From assembly GCA_963770835.1 (NCBI GenBank), contig CAVYRH010000026.1, forward strand, positions 608,001-672,000: DNA of 64,000 nucleotides, in the 5' to 3' direction. A model generated the notes under the pieces. The model was not told the DNA's origin, ran no database searches, and saw nothing but the letters and a program-made list of their open reading frames with translations. This DNA is from an uncultured Pseudomonadota bacterium. GTDB taxonomy: Bacteria > Oederibacteriota > Muellerivitia > Muellerivitales > Muellerivitaceae. Made by a program: the position numbers and the translations under genes. Positions 18,468 through 28,272 of the stretch are shown piece by piece; positions within the stretch are counted from its first letter, which is position 1; every line of letters begins with the position of its first letter.

Positions 18468-19715
18468 ATGAGGAAAATGGCGATCGTTATGGCGGCGGTC
18501 ATGGGTTTGGGCTGTGTGGGAACGCTCCGGGCCGCGGTCGCGGATGAAGGTGTGACCGCGGAATTCGAGAAGAAACTGGACAGTGGAAAACCAGGAAAAG
18601 TACATCCGAACGACCCACGAACAGGCGGCCCAGCAGATTGAGAAGCTGACAGAGCGGACGCAATCGGTGCAAATGCGGACCGACGAGACAATGGAAAGAC
18701 AGGCCCAGTCGGCGCAGGCGGATATGGCCAAGCAGATCAACAGGTACAGGACGACGAATTGAAGGAGCACGATCACTGGGCGACCCAGGCGCTGAAGGCC
18801 AAGCGGAAGACGGAGGAACTTTCCAAGGAGATCGGCAAGCTGAAGGCCAAGAAAAACGGATCTTCCCCGAATGCGGTGGACGCCGACAAAGACTCCGGCC
18901 GGATCCTGGAATTGACCCGGGAACAAATGGCCGAGGAAAAGGACATGAAGGACGATAACGACAAGGCTGCCAACGCGCTGAACGCCGCCAACCTGCAGAT
19001 CAAGGTTCTCACGGCCCAGGAAGTGACGTCGGGCTTTGACGCGCAAAAAAACGCGTCCCTGGCCGCGGAAGCCCAAAAGAAAGCCGAGGGTAAGATCAAG
19101 CAAATCGCCCCGGGGGCGATCGACACGCTCCAGAAAAACGCGCAGGGCCAAATCCAGGCGACCAAAACAAGGAGAACCCAGTACGTGGCCGAACAGGGGG
19201 ACACGGACAGACAGATCCAGCAGGCACAGTTGAAGGAGGACAGGGAACATAAGAAATGCGCGGAAAGTTGGTCGCCACCCAAAAGACACTGGACAACCTC
19301 GCCCAGGAGTCGACGATGCGACGAAGAAGAGTATACCGACGCCTGGAACGGCCCCGAGGGAAACCGCCCATGTTGGGCCGAAACAGGTCAACAAACTGGA
19401 TGGGGTGAAATCAAGCGTGGAGCAAAAGGACCAGAAGGACGGAGCAAATGAGGGATGTAAAACATCACCTGAGGACGCGAACACCCAGATCACCGGACTT
19501 GACGGGCCCAGAGAGGAACTTTCGGGTTGGAGGCGAAAATGGAAGCCTACCTGGCCGAGGAGGTTCAAAGCCGGAGCGACAAGGCGGTTGAACACCTCAC
19601 CACCCAGGAGAAAACGCCGTTTAAAACCCTGGAAGACGGGGGCCTGACCGTGGAAAAGACCGCGCCCACCAAAATCAAGAAAACCAGGCATACCCAACAT
19701 AAAAAAGTCCCTTAA
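18468..19715 (+). pseudogene. Secreted coiled-coil protein broken by several frameshifts
   Basis: RBS AGGAGG + MRKMAIVMAAVMGLG signal; E/K/Q/A-rich segments continue in alternating frames up to ...HTQHKKVP*. Confidence 0.55.
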
Positions 19716-19767
19716 AAGCACCCGCCTTGGCAAAGGTAAAAGCCGCGGTGGAATGAGCTTTTGGCCT

Positions 19768-19874
19768 GAAATAAAAAGAGCCGGCCTTCGGCCGGTTCTT
19801 CTTTGGAACCGGCGTAAAGCCGGGTTCTTTTGTTTTTACCGCGAGCCGACCTGCCGCAGCGAGCCGCCGCAACG
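19768..19874. repeat. Oriented hairpin repeat R3 (double hairpin)
   Basis: GAAATAAAAAGAGCCGGCC-ttc-GGCCGGTTCTT, then a second stem and the exact 23-mer core with extension. Confidence 0.9.
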
Positions 19875-19986
19875 TTCGCTTTCCACCGAAGCCCATTTGC
19901 CCAAGGAAATCCCCGATTTTACGAAAGTTCTTCCGCTTGCATTAACACATAGTATGGGTTATTTTTCCTCATCCCCCGGAGGGCCC

Positions 19987-20934
19987 ATGAAAAAGATATA
20001 TCTAGTGCTCGGCTTGTTGTGCCTCGGCTTTAGCGTCATCATCCTGGCTGGCTGCCCCGCCAAAAGCAGCAGCCCCTCCAGCCCCGGCAATCCGCCCACG
20101 GCCACCCCCGGGCCCGTCACCGTCCTGACCGCCTTCGCCACCATCGGAAGCAGCACCAATTTCTCCCTTCCGGCGGGGATCCTCTATACGAACGGCAACC
20201 TCTGGGTCGCGGATTCCTCCAACGACAGCCTTTCCGAATGGACCACCACGGGGACAAACCTAAAGACCATCACTACCTTCAATGGCGGCGCGACTTTTGA
20301 CAATCCCTGGGGCGTCAACTTAGACCCCTCGGGCAATATTTACGTGGCGGATTACACCAACTCGAACGTCGAGCTTTTCAGCCCGTCCGGAGCTTACATT
20401 ACGTCGGTGAACTCGGCCGTCCTATCGGGAAATGACCCCATTGGGGTGGCGGTCAATTCGGGGGGGACGACCTTGCTGGTCCTATCCGCCATCGCGGGGA
20501 CGGGTGTTTTCGCCTTCCCCGTCACTGCCGGCTCACCCCCGACCTATGGGACGCCGGCCACCCTTTGCACCGGCGGCCCCGTCAGCACGACCAGCCTGCC
20601 CATGAACCTCAAGTTGGATAAAGCCGGGAATATCTGGGTCGCGGATGAGGGAGGCCATTACCTGGTCGAGTTCAACCCGTCCGGGGCTTTCCAAAAGGCG
20701 GTGTCCTTCGGGACCAATCCTTTTTCCCCATCCGACCTGGCCTTTGACAATTCCGGGAACATTTATGTGGCGGACACTGGCGGCCACCAGCTTGTTGTCT
20801 TCAACGCCTCGGGGTCGCCCGTGACCGCCATCACGAGTTTGAACCTTTCCACGCCGTACGGCATTGCCACGGACGGCCATGGAACCTTTTACGTTACCGA
20901 TAACGGCCACAAGCAGATCGTCGTCTGCCATTGA
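19987..20934 (+). CDS. NHL-repeat beta-propeller lipoprotein
   Basis: Lipobox LAGC; repeated GNIYVAD/GNLWVAD units. Confidence 0.9.
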   Translation: MKKIYLVLGLLCLGFSVIILAGCPAKSSSPSSPGNPPTATPGPVTVLTAFATIGSSTNFSLPAGILYTNGNLWVADSSNDSLSEWTTTGTNLKTITTFNGGATFDNPWGVNLDPSGNIYVADYTNSNVELFSPSGAYITSVNSAVLSGNDPIGVAVNSGGTTLLVLSAIAGTGVFAFPVTAGSPPTYGTPATLCTGGPVSTTSLPMNLKLDKAGNIWVADEGGHYLVEFNPSGAFQKAVSFGTNPFSPSDLAFDNSGNIYVADTGGHQLVVFNASGSPVTAITSLNLSTPYGIATDGHGTFYVTDNGHKQIVVCH

Positions 20935-20998
20935 CCCCGGCTTGCGGGGCGCGAATTAAAAAAAGGCGCCTAGCCGCCCTATTCCATTTTAGGCACTC

Positions 20999-21054
20999 AT
21001 AAAAAGAACCCGGCTCGGAGAGGAGCCGGGTTCTTTTTTTTACCGCCAGCCGCC
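20999..21054. repeat. Oriented hairpin repeat R4
   Basis: AAAAAGAACCCGGCTC-ggagag-GAGCCGGGTTCTTTTTTTTACCGCCAGCCG. Confidence 0.9.
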
Positions 21055-21151
21055 TTTATGCCAGGAAAACCTTGGCTTTACGGCGGCTTGTTATCCTTGA
21101 TTTAACGGATGGTTTAGGATAATTTTCCTTCATCTTTTTCCGGAGGGAATC

Positions 21152-22009
21152 ATGAAAAACCTGAAAACTTTGGCCGTCCTGTTCTTCACCGTCTTGGGCG
21201 CCATCACCCTGGCCGGATGCCCCAGCAAGAGCAGCAGCCCCAGCTCACCCAACAACCCGGCGCCTACGAACACTTTCACCTCCGTTTCCTCGGCCACCCC
21301 GACGAATACGGCCACCGTCACCCCCTCCCCCACGGTGACCTCCACGCCAACGAAAACCCCCAGCCCAACGCCCTCGGGAACCCCGACCAATACCGCCACC
21401 CAAACCGCGACTTCCACAATCACCTTAACATTCACCCAGACGCCGACTTCCACTATTACCAACACTCCCACGGCCACAGCCAGTCCCACCATCACCAACA
21501 CCCCCACCATCACCTCCACCTACGTTCTTACGCCCTGCGCCACCGCCTCCTGCAACACCAGCGCCAGCCAGGGGGACACCTTTACCGGCAACGACGATGG
21601 CAGCGTGAACGGGGATGTCACCTGGGTTTTTCCCGTCACCTTCACCGGAACCGTCAACGTGACCGGCTTCGAAGTTTCGCTTTGGAACGGGCCCCAAACC
21701 ATCACCACGGGGGTTTACGCCGACAACGGCAGCAACTACCCCGGGAACCTGATTTATACCGCCGGCCCCCTGGTGGTGAGCGGCACGGGATGGACGGTGG
21801 TGGACACTTCCACCTACGTGCTTTGCGCGGGCACTTATTGGATCGCCCAGTCTGGAAATGGGAATTCCTCCGATCCCAACTACGTGAACTTCAACCTCAG
21901 CACCAGCGGATACAACTCGAACATCGGCGTTGATTTTCCCGCGACCTTCCCGGCAGGGGCCCACGCGACCTCCAGCCTGACCGAGATGCGCATCGACTAT
22001 TGCTATTAA
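21152..22009 (+). CDS. Lipoprotein with Pro/Thr-rich linker and C-terminal beta domain
   Basis: LAGC-PSKSSSPSSP, (TPT)n tract. Confidence 0.85.
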   Translation: MKNLKTLAVLFFTVLGAITLAGCPSKSSSPSSPNNPAPTNTFTSVSSATPTNTATVTPSPTVTSTPTKTPSPTPSGTPTNTATQTATSTITLTFTQTPTSTITNTPTATASPTITNTPTITSTYVLTPCATASCNTSASQGDTFTGNDDGSVNGDVTWVFPVTFTGTVNVTGFEVSLWNGPQTITTGVYADNGSNYPGNLIYTAGPLVVSGTGWTVVDTSTYVLCAGTYWIAQSGNGNSSDPNYVNFNLSTSGYNSNIGVDFPATFPAGAHATSSLTEMRIDYCY

Positions 22010-22051
22010 AGAAGGGCAAGGGGCCCGCCCCTTCCTCCCTCCACTTTGACC

Positions 22052-22133
22052 CGAAATAAAAAGAGACAACCCCACAGGTTGGCTCTTTTAGTTTTACCGC
22101 CAGCCGTCCTTCCGCCGCGCGCCGCCGTAACGG
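22052..22133. repeat. Oriented hairpin repeat R5
   Basis: CGAAATAAAAAGAG..CTCTTTTAGTTTTACCGCCAGCCGTCC..GCCGCCGTAAC. Confidence 0.85.
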
Positions 22134-22326
22134 CCCATCCCACCCGCGAAACCCAAGGGCGGCACAATCCTCAAACTGCGGCCTTCGGCGCCGGACCTCC
22201 GTCGGGAAATCCGGGGGTATAATGGACGCCGACTTGCCCGGTAACTTTGGCGGACAAGTCCCCCGGGAAATTCCGGCTTATCATCGAACCGTGAAAAATC
22301 CGGAAGAAGGCGTAAAGGAGAATGCC

Positions 22327-23205
22327 ATGAGGGGAAAAAGCATCCTGACACTCGGTTTGATGACGGCCTTGGGGGTGTTCTCAGCCCTTTGGCTCAACGG
22401 CTGCGCCGGTAAACCCATTCCCCCGGTTTTCAGCCTTTACGGGTACCAGCGGTTGGCGGTGGTGCCATTCGACGACCCGACCCAGGACCCGGCCCTCGGG
22501 GGCGCCGTGGCGGATGAAATGACCGATGAGGTCCTTAGTTTAGGGGCCGTTCCCGTGATCGACGCCAAGCAGGTGGCCGCCTATCTCCGGAGCGTGGGGG
22601 CCGACGCCTCCTCCGTTCAAACCGACCAGGATCTCCGGGACCGGGTCGCGAAAAAATTCAATTGCGATATCCTGCTGCTGGGATCGGCCTCCGGCTACAC
22701 CGAGGTTTTAAAGGATACGGCCCCCCAACGCCTGGCCGACTCCTCCGGGATATCCAAATGGGGTTTTTACACCTACCGCAAGGTGGTCGTGCAGGCGAAT
22801 GCCAGGCTCATGGACCCGGGCACGGGAAGCCTGGTTTGGAGCGGTAAAAACAAGGGTTGGAGCTGGCTGAACACATGGAACCCCCTGCCCGTCCCGGCGG
22901 ACGTGGCGGCGGAAGACGACGTCAACCGGTTCCTCAATTTGGCCAGTAGTGTGGTGGGTGCCGTCGTCCCGCAGGCGGGCCAAGTCCTGAATGTGGCCAA
23001 CCTGGCGAGGTACCGCCTCAACCACGACACCGACCAGGAGCCCGTCGTCGTCGACGAAAACACCCCGGGGGTGCTGGTCTATCCCAAGAGCGCGGCTTTC
23101 GCCAACCTCCGCGAAAAAGCCATCCAACAAACGATGAACGGAATCGTCGAGGACTTCCGGGGCCATTGTGGTTGGACACCCCAATTGACGGGCAACGCCC
23201 AATAA
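22327..23205 (+). CDS. Lipoprotein, CsgG/TolB-N-like fold
   Basis: LNGC lipobox; RLAVVPF..ARLMDPGTGSLVWS. Confidence 0.75.
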   Translation: MRGKSILTLGLMTALGVFSALWLNGCAGKPIPPVFSLYGYQRLAVVPFDDPTQDPALGGAVADEMTDEVLSLGAVPVIDAKQVAAYLRSVGADASSVQTDQDLRDRVAKKFNCDILLLGSASGYTEVLKDTAPQRLADSSGISKWGFYTYRKVVVQANARLMDPGTGSLVWSGKNKGWSWLNTWNPLPVPADVAAEDDVNRFLNLASSVVGAVVPQAGQVLNVANLARYRLNHDTDQEPVVVDENTPGVLVYPKSAAFANLREKAIQQTMNGIVEDFRGHCGWTPQLTGNAQ

Positions 23206-23277
23206 AAAAGGGCCGGAGAACACCGGGGTCTTTTGTTTTTACCGCCAGCCGTCCTACCGCGGCGAGTCCCCGTAACA
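23201..23277. repeat. Oriented hairpin repeat R6 (overlaps the upstream stop codon)
   Basis: Core with 1 mismatch plus CAGCCGTCCTACCGCGGCGAGTCCCCGTAAC. Confidence 0.88.
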
Positions 23278-23423
23278 ACCGCTTCAAATCAAGCAACTTT
23301 CGAGGTGGTTGAAAAGTTACCCCCCCGTTTCCACGCAGGGCTTAAAATGGCCCGGAATTAAGAAGGCCGGCCAATATTTAAGTTTGGGTCCAAGTCGAGC
23401 CAAACCGTTATCGGGAGGTTCAT

Positions 23424-24059
23424 ATGAAAAAAGTTATTTTGTTCATCGTTGGCGGGTTGCTGCTTCTCTGGGTCACGGGGATCATCCTCGAAAACTTCTT
23501 CAACGTGGACCTGGATAAATACATCAACGGAAGCCCCTCAGCCCCCCAGGCCGCCGCGCCCCCTCCGGCCGCCGCACCCCCCGCCGATGGCGCGCCTTCC
23601 GACTGGAAGACCTACAACTACGATGATTTCCATTTCTCGATCGCAAGCCCCTATGAATTGCAGGAATCCCCATCCTCGGGCGCGACAACCCTGAAAGGCA
23701 TGGAAGCGAAGGGCCGCAGCCCCGACATGAAATTCATCCTCCAGGCCGCCGCCCATGAAATGCCGGATGTTGCCCTCGACCTGAACAAAGTCACGGACCA
23801 GCAGATCAAGATGTTCAAGCTCATGGACAAGATCATGGTGAACTTCCAGGCGTCCACCAGCCCCGTCACCGTAGCCGATACGCCGGGCATCCAGGCGCAG
23901 GGAACCTACCAGGCCCTGGGCAAAATTGATGAGGAAATGATGCTCCTCAATATCAAAAAGGGGACTACCTTGCTGAACCTCATGGTCCAATTCTCGCCTA
24001 CGGATGAAAACAAGGCCATGGCGGATAAGATCATCCATTCCTTAAGTTTCACGAATTGA
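23424..24059 (+). CDS. Membrane-anchored hypothetical protein (PsbP-like)
   Basis: N-terminal TM, Pro/Ala linker, WKTY..FSIASP..IIHSLSF; RBS GGAGG. Confidence 0.7.
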   Translation: MKKVILFIVGGLLLLWVTGIILENFFNVDLDKYINGSPSAPQAAAPPPAAAPPADGAPSDWKTYNYDDFHFSIASPYELQESPSSGATTLKGMEAKGRSPDMKFILQAAAHEMPDVALDLNKVTDQQIKMFKLMDKIMVNFQASTSPVTVADTPGIQAQGTYQALGKIDEEMMLLNIKKGTTLLNLMVQFSPTDENKAMADKIIHSLSFTN

Positions 24060-24676
24060 CGGGAAGGGAACCGCCCATTGTGAAAATTCTACCGATGGCA
24101 TTCCTCCTCTTTTTCTTTGGGACGATGATCCAGGCGGGCGCCCAAGAAGACAAGCTCTCCCCGGCCGACGCCAAAAGGGTGATTGAAAAAAGGGCGTCGG
24201 AGGCAATTGGGGTAATCAAAAACAAGGATTTCCAGCACCTTTCCAGGTTAACCCACCCTGACAAAGGGTTGATCTTTTCCCCTTACCCCTTTGTCAGCGG
24301 CAGGGAAAAACCGCTCAGCAAAAAGGAAGTTCGCAACCTATCCCTTGAAGATAAGGCGATTTTTCAAGTGGTCCCGCAAGAGGGCTCCGGCGACGACGTC
24401 AATTATTCCCTCGCGGATTATTTCAAGCGGTTCGTGTATGGCCGGGATTTCGCGCAAGCGCCGAAAGTCAGTTACAACGAACACCTTTCGGAGGGAAATT
24501 GTTCCATTGATCTCGATGAAAAATTACCCGGGTCGATCATCGTGGAATATTATTTTCCAGGATTCGACCCCAAAAGAGACGGCATGGATTGGGAATCGCT
24601 CTTCCTGGCATTTGAAAAAGCCGATGACGGGAATTGGTATTTGGTGGACATCGCGCACGACAGTTGGTGTATTTGA
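24056..24676 (+). CDS. Secreted hypothetical protein
   Basis: Signal peptide; VEYYFPGFDPKRDGMDWESL; start could be GTG 24080. Confidence 0.7.
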   Translation: MTGREPPIVKILPMAFLLFFFGTMIQAGAQEDKLSPADAKRVIEKRASEAIGVIKNKDFQHLSRLTHPDKGLIFSPYPFVSGREKPLSKKEVRNLSLEDKAIFQVVPQEGSGDDVNYSLADYFKRFVYGRDFAQAPKVSYNEHLSEGNCSIDLDEKLPGSIIVEYYFPGFDPKRDGMDWESLFLAFEKADDGNWYLVDIAHDSWCI

Positions 24677-24699
24677 CCAAAGAAATAATCGCCAATAAC

Positions 24700-25839
24700 A
24701 TGAAAAAAAATAAACCGAGCCTATTGGTCTTTTTCCTCAAAATCCTCCTTGGGGTCCTGCTTGTCCTTTTGCTTTCGCCCCCGGTCCTGTGGCTGGGCCA
24801 TTACCTAGTGGGTGGCCTTTTTTACGACGGTTGGGACGGGAGTTTTTGGGGGCGGGTGGAACAATTGAACGCCAACAATTTTTCCAAGATCTCCCTGATG
24901 GACATCACGCCCCCGCCCTTGGACCCGAACCACGTCTCCATCGGGGCCAACGGCCCTTACTTCATGTTCCTCAAGATCAACCGGGGCGAAAGCCCGGAGG
25001 CCCAGGATCCCCGGTACGCGGGGGACCGGGAGCAGGTGGAATTCACCATCCGCCAGGGATTCGGGGTCATCAAGCCCTTCCTGGAGGAGAGGAGCTTTTG
25101 GGACTCCTTCGCCCTCACCCACCGCTACACGTTTTCCGCCGACGGGCACGGCCAGGTGCTGGCGGCTTTTTATCCCTCGATCTTCAATGGAACGGTCCTC
25201 ACCAAAAGCCTGGGCCGGGGGATCGTCATCTCGGCCAAGGTGTTGAACAACCCGAAGATCACCAATGAGGTGACCTACGAATGGAACCCGGCGGACCTTC
25301 GCCGGGAGGATTTCGACCGGGCGGTAAATGCCTTCGTGGACTGGCACAACAAGACCCGCCTGGTCGACCGCACCGAAGAGGGGTCGGAAGTCTCAAATTC
25401 CATGGATGAGGACACGATCCGGTTCGACCAGGCCCTGGGGCTTGCCCCGCCGCCCCCTTCGCCGGTGATTACGAACACCATCCAAGGGGGGAAGGCCGTC
25501 AGCAACGGCCAGGAGGTCCCGAACTTCGAGTACACTCCCCGCTATTTTTACGCCAGGACGGGACGGGAACCCTGGGCTTACATGGGCGGGAACGTGGTTT
25601 TCATTTCCAGGGAAATCCCGGGCACGGTCGACTTTTGGGCCTACGACCCGGCCACCGGGCTTATGAAAGATAAGGTCCGGTACCCCTCCCCCTCGGGCTT
25701 GGGAGCCCAGGAGCACCGAACCGAATACCAGCAGATCAACGGAAATTATTTCCACTTGGACGACCAGTCCTTGAGTTATTACGGACAGGTCAATACCTAC
25801 CGGTGGGAGATTCGCACCGCGGTGACCCTGGCCCTCTGA
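24700..25839 (+). CDS. Membrane-anchored hypothetical protein
   Basis: Long ORF with host-like codon bias and N-terminal TM. Confidence 0.7.
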   Translation: MKKNKPSLLVFFLKILLGVLLVLLLSPPVLWLGHYLVGGLFYDGWDGSFWGRVEQLNANNFSKISLMDITPPPLDPNHVSIGANGPYFMFLKINRGESPEAQDPRYAGDREQVEFTIRQGFGVIKPFLEERSFWDSFALTHRYTFSADGHGQVLAAFYPSIFNGTVLTKSLGRGIVISAKVLNNPKITNEVTYEWNPADLRREDFDRAVNAFVDWHNKTRLVDRTEEGSEVSNSMDEDTIRFDQALGLAPPPPSPVITNTIQGGKAVSNGQEVPNFEYTPRYFYARTGREPWAYMGGNVVFISREIPGTVDFWAYDPATGLMKDKVRYPSPSGLGAQEHRTEYQQINGNYFHLDDQSLSYYGQVNTYRWEIRTAVTLAL

Positions 25840-25848
25840 ACTTCGGGA

Positions 25849-25881
25849 TGGGGAAACAGCCAGGTTCTTTTGTTTTTACCG
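25849..25881. repeat. Oriented repeat R7 (left arm decayed)
   Basis: CCAGGTTCTTTTGTTTTTACCG. Confidence 0.75.
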
Positions 25882-26025
25882 TTGGTAGTGGTTCCACAGC
25901 GGGTCGCTTTGGCCGCAAATTCCAGCGCGGGATCAGCCGCCTTACATTTTTGAAAATATGGCGTTTACTATTGCGCATTCCGGCTTTTAACTTTTATCGG
26001 TATCTCATCGCTATCGGGGAATCAT

Positions 26026-27594
26026 ATGAAGAAAATGATATTCGGGGTATTAATTTTCCTGCTGGGTTTGGCTTGGGTGCCCGCGGCCCATGCCGACGAG
26101 AATGCCGACTACCAAGCCGCCCTTGGGAATTACCAGAAGGGCCAATATGACCAAGCCGTGATCGGGTTCCAAAACGTGCTCCTGAAGGACCCGAATTCCT
26201 GGCAGGCCTACCAGGGACTGGGAAGCGCCTTCCTCCGTGAGGGCGACAAGGATGGGGCGCTCCAAGCCTACCAACGAAGTCTGCAACTGAACCCCGACAA
26301 CCCCACGGTCAAGGCCAAGGTGGACAAGCTTTCCGCCGAAACCCCGCGGGCTGCCCCGGCCACACCCTCTCCCACCGGCGGCTTCACGCCCGTTGCCGCT
26401 TCCACCGGCCGGAAAATCGAAACCATCGGGACCTTCACGGACCAAGACGGAACCAAACATACCTCAAACTTTATCTTCGAGGGCCAGCCCCTGAATAATG
26501 ACCAGCAAATTGAGGATGTGATCGACCTGCTCAAGGACGACCAAGCCACCCAGCTGATGAAAAGCGCGAGAGGAAAACAAAGCGGAGCCAACGCGCTGGA
26601 TGTTCTGGGAGCGATTTGTATCAGCGGGGCACTTGTCTACGGGTTCGCGGCGCAAGCAACCCCCGTAACCAACACTTGCCCCTTCGGTGGAGCCTCTATC
26701 AGCCAAGGCAATCCCGACTTGACTCCCAGCTGGATCGCGGGAGGGGTGGGGGTGGGACTGCTCCTGATTGGGATGGTATTGGAAGGGGATGCGGGCAACG
26801 ACCGTTATCAAGCGGTGGCCCGTTACAACGAACTGGCGGGGCCGGGCACCAACCCGGAGGCCGCAAGCCGGGGGACTGGGGCGGGCGCAGCGGTCACGGG
26901 CGAATCCACCCCCGAAGCCTCCCATTCCGCCCCGCCGCCGGAGAGCTCGCCCAGCCCAAGCGAGGGCAGCGATATCGGGCAGGTTACCGTGGATATTTCC
27001 CCCCTGGCGAATCTCCCCCTGAGCGGCAAGACCGCATCCGAATACAATCCCGGTTTCGGCATCGGCGGGGACATCAAGCTCTCGCTGGATAAAAATTGGA
27101 GCGTGGGTGTGGCGGCCAGTTTCCAGGACCTGCCGGTCAATGTCAGTTACATTGAAAACGCCTTCCAACAGACCTACGGTGTGGCCTTGCCGCCGGGCGT
27201 GGCCTTCAACGGGGATTGGCAATACATCCCGATTGTGGGCCTGGTGCAGTATTCCTTTTCCACCGCGAAACCCGGCGCGGTCCCCTATGTTTTTTTGGGG
27301 GCGGGGGTCGCCATCAATTCCGCCGACGTTTCAGCCATTTACAGCGGCGAAAATATCACGGCTACGGTCAGCGAAACGGATTTCCTGCTTTGCCCCGGGC
27401 TGGGCGTCCGGATGCAATTGGATCCAAGCCTCAGCCTCTTCTTCCAGGGGCGGCTGGACATTGATTTCACCTCCCAAAATAACATGGACGTCATTACCCT
27501 CACGGAAAACGGGAGCAGCGCCAAGGCGCTCGGAAACCTCTCGGACGACAGCCCCACCCTGTTCCTGCCGCTCCAATTGGGCCTGGAATTTTAA
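26026..27594 (+). CDS. TPR + two-TM region + outer-membrane beta-barrel fusion protein
   Basis: Signal AHA-D, TPRs, PYVFLGAGV strands, C-terminal LGLEF. Confidence 0.8.
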   Translation: MKKMIFGVLIFLLGLAWVPAAHADENADYQAALGNYQKGQYDQAVIGFQNVLLKDPNSWQAYQGLGSAFLREGDKDGALQAYQRSLQLNPDNPTVKAKVDKLSAETPRAAPATPSPTGGFTPVAASTGRKIETIGTFTDQDGTKHTSNFIFEGQPLNNDQQIEDVIDLLKDDQATQLMKSARGKQSGANALDVLGAICISGALVYGFAAQATPVTNTCPFGGASISQGNPDLTPSWIAGGVGVGLLLIGMVLEGDAGNDRYQAVARYNELAGPGTNPEAASRGTGAGAAVTGESTPEASHSAPPPESSPSPSEGSDIGQVTVDISPLANLPLSGKTASEYNPGFGIGGDIKLSLDKNWSVGVAASFQDLPVNVSYIENAFQQTYGVALPPGVAFNGDWQYIPIVGLVQYSFSTAKPGAVPYVFLGAGVAINSADVSAIYSGENITATVSETDFLLCPGLGVRMQLDPSLSLFFQGRLDIDFTSQNNMDVITLTENGSSAKALGNLSDDSPTLFLPLQLGLEF

Positions 27595-27663
27595 TGAAAC
27601 CAAGGCGCCCCCACTACGCCGAGACTTCGTGGGGGAGGCAGGCCGCGATTTATTAATTCAGGC

Positions 27664-27725
27664 CGAAATAAAAAGAACCCGGCTTTGGGGAAAGCCGGGT
27701 TCTTTTGTTTTTACCGCGAGCCGTC
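27664..27725. repeat. Oriented hairpin repeat R8
   Basis: AAAAGAACCCGGCTTT-gggg-AAAGCCGGGTTCTTTT perfect stem with the exact core. Confidence 0.92.
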
Positions 27726-27743
27726 ATTCGGCGGCGGGCTGGC

Positions 27744-27935
27744 TCAACCTTTTTTATACATCCAGTCGCCCTGGGCGGCCAGTTTGCGTTCCGCCGCGAC
27801 CCAGTCGGCCAGCTCATCGCCGATGGGGCATCCGCGGCTCAACCATTGGTAATAAGCTTCTTGCTGGATTAGTTCCGGGGTGATCTCATTTTCCTTCAAT
27901 CGCACGGCCGAAGGCCTCTCTTTTACGCTCGCCAT
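27744..27935 (-). CDS. DUF2934-like small protein
   Basis: IQQEAYYQWLSRGCPIGDELADWVAAERKL. Confidence 0.85.
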   Translation of the reverse strand: MASVKERPSAVRLKENEITPELIQQEAYYQWLSRGCPIGDELADWVAAERKLAAQGDWMYKKG

Positions 27936-28272
27936 ATCGTTCCTCCTTCATGAAGTTTCTTCCGTTCCCGCCTATTATTTAACCGCCATGGTTTTAGGAA
28001 AATCAAATTACAAACGTGAAATTGATGCCGTCCGTTTAACTCGCCGGCCTGATACGGGGGGAATCCGGGAAACACTTGGCCGGATGCCGCAATCAAAGTG
28101 GGAGGAGGCCCCGAAACAAAGGGGGCACGGCCCTTTTTTTCCGGTTTTCTTTATGACTTGTCCCGTGAAAGTTAAACGTCAAGACCTTACAACCCCCTCC
28201 TTCGCGAATGCTTTTCACCCGGTTTTGTTATCATCAAATCAGGAGAGAATTTCGGTTTCGAAGGAGGCCTTC

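Noticed and set aside
18183..19733. 516-aa minus-strand ORF
   Set aside because: Reads as a patchwork antisense of the + strand coiled-coil pseudogene; no motifs
6951..27725. Repeats interpreted as CRISPR or classical attC
   Set aside because: Spacing is kilobases with whole genes between copies; no cas or intI; no RYYYAAC/GTTRRRY ends
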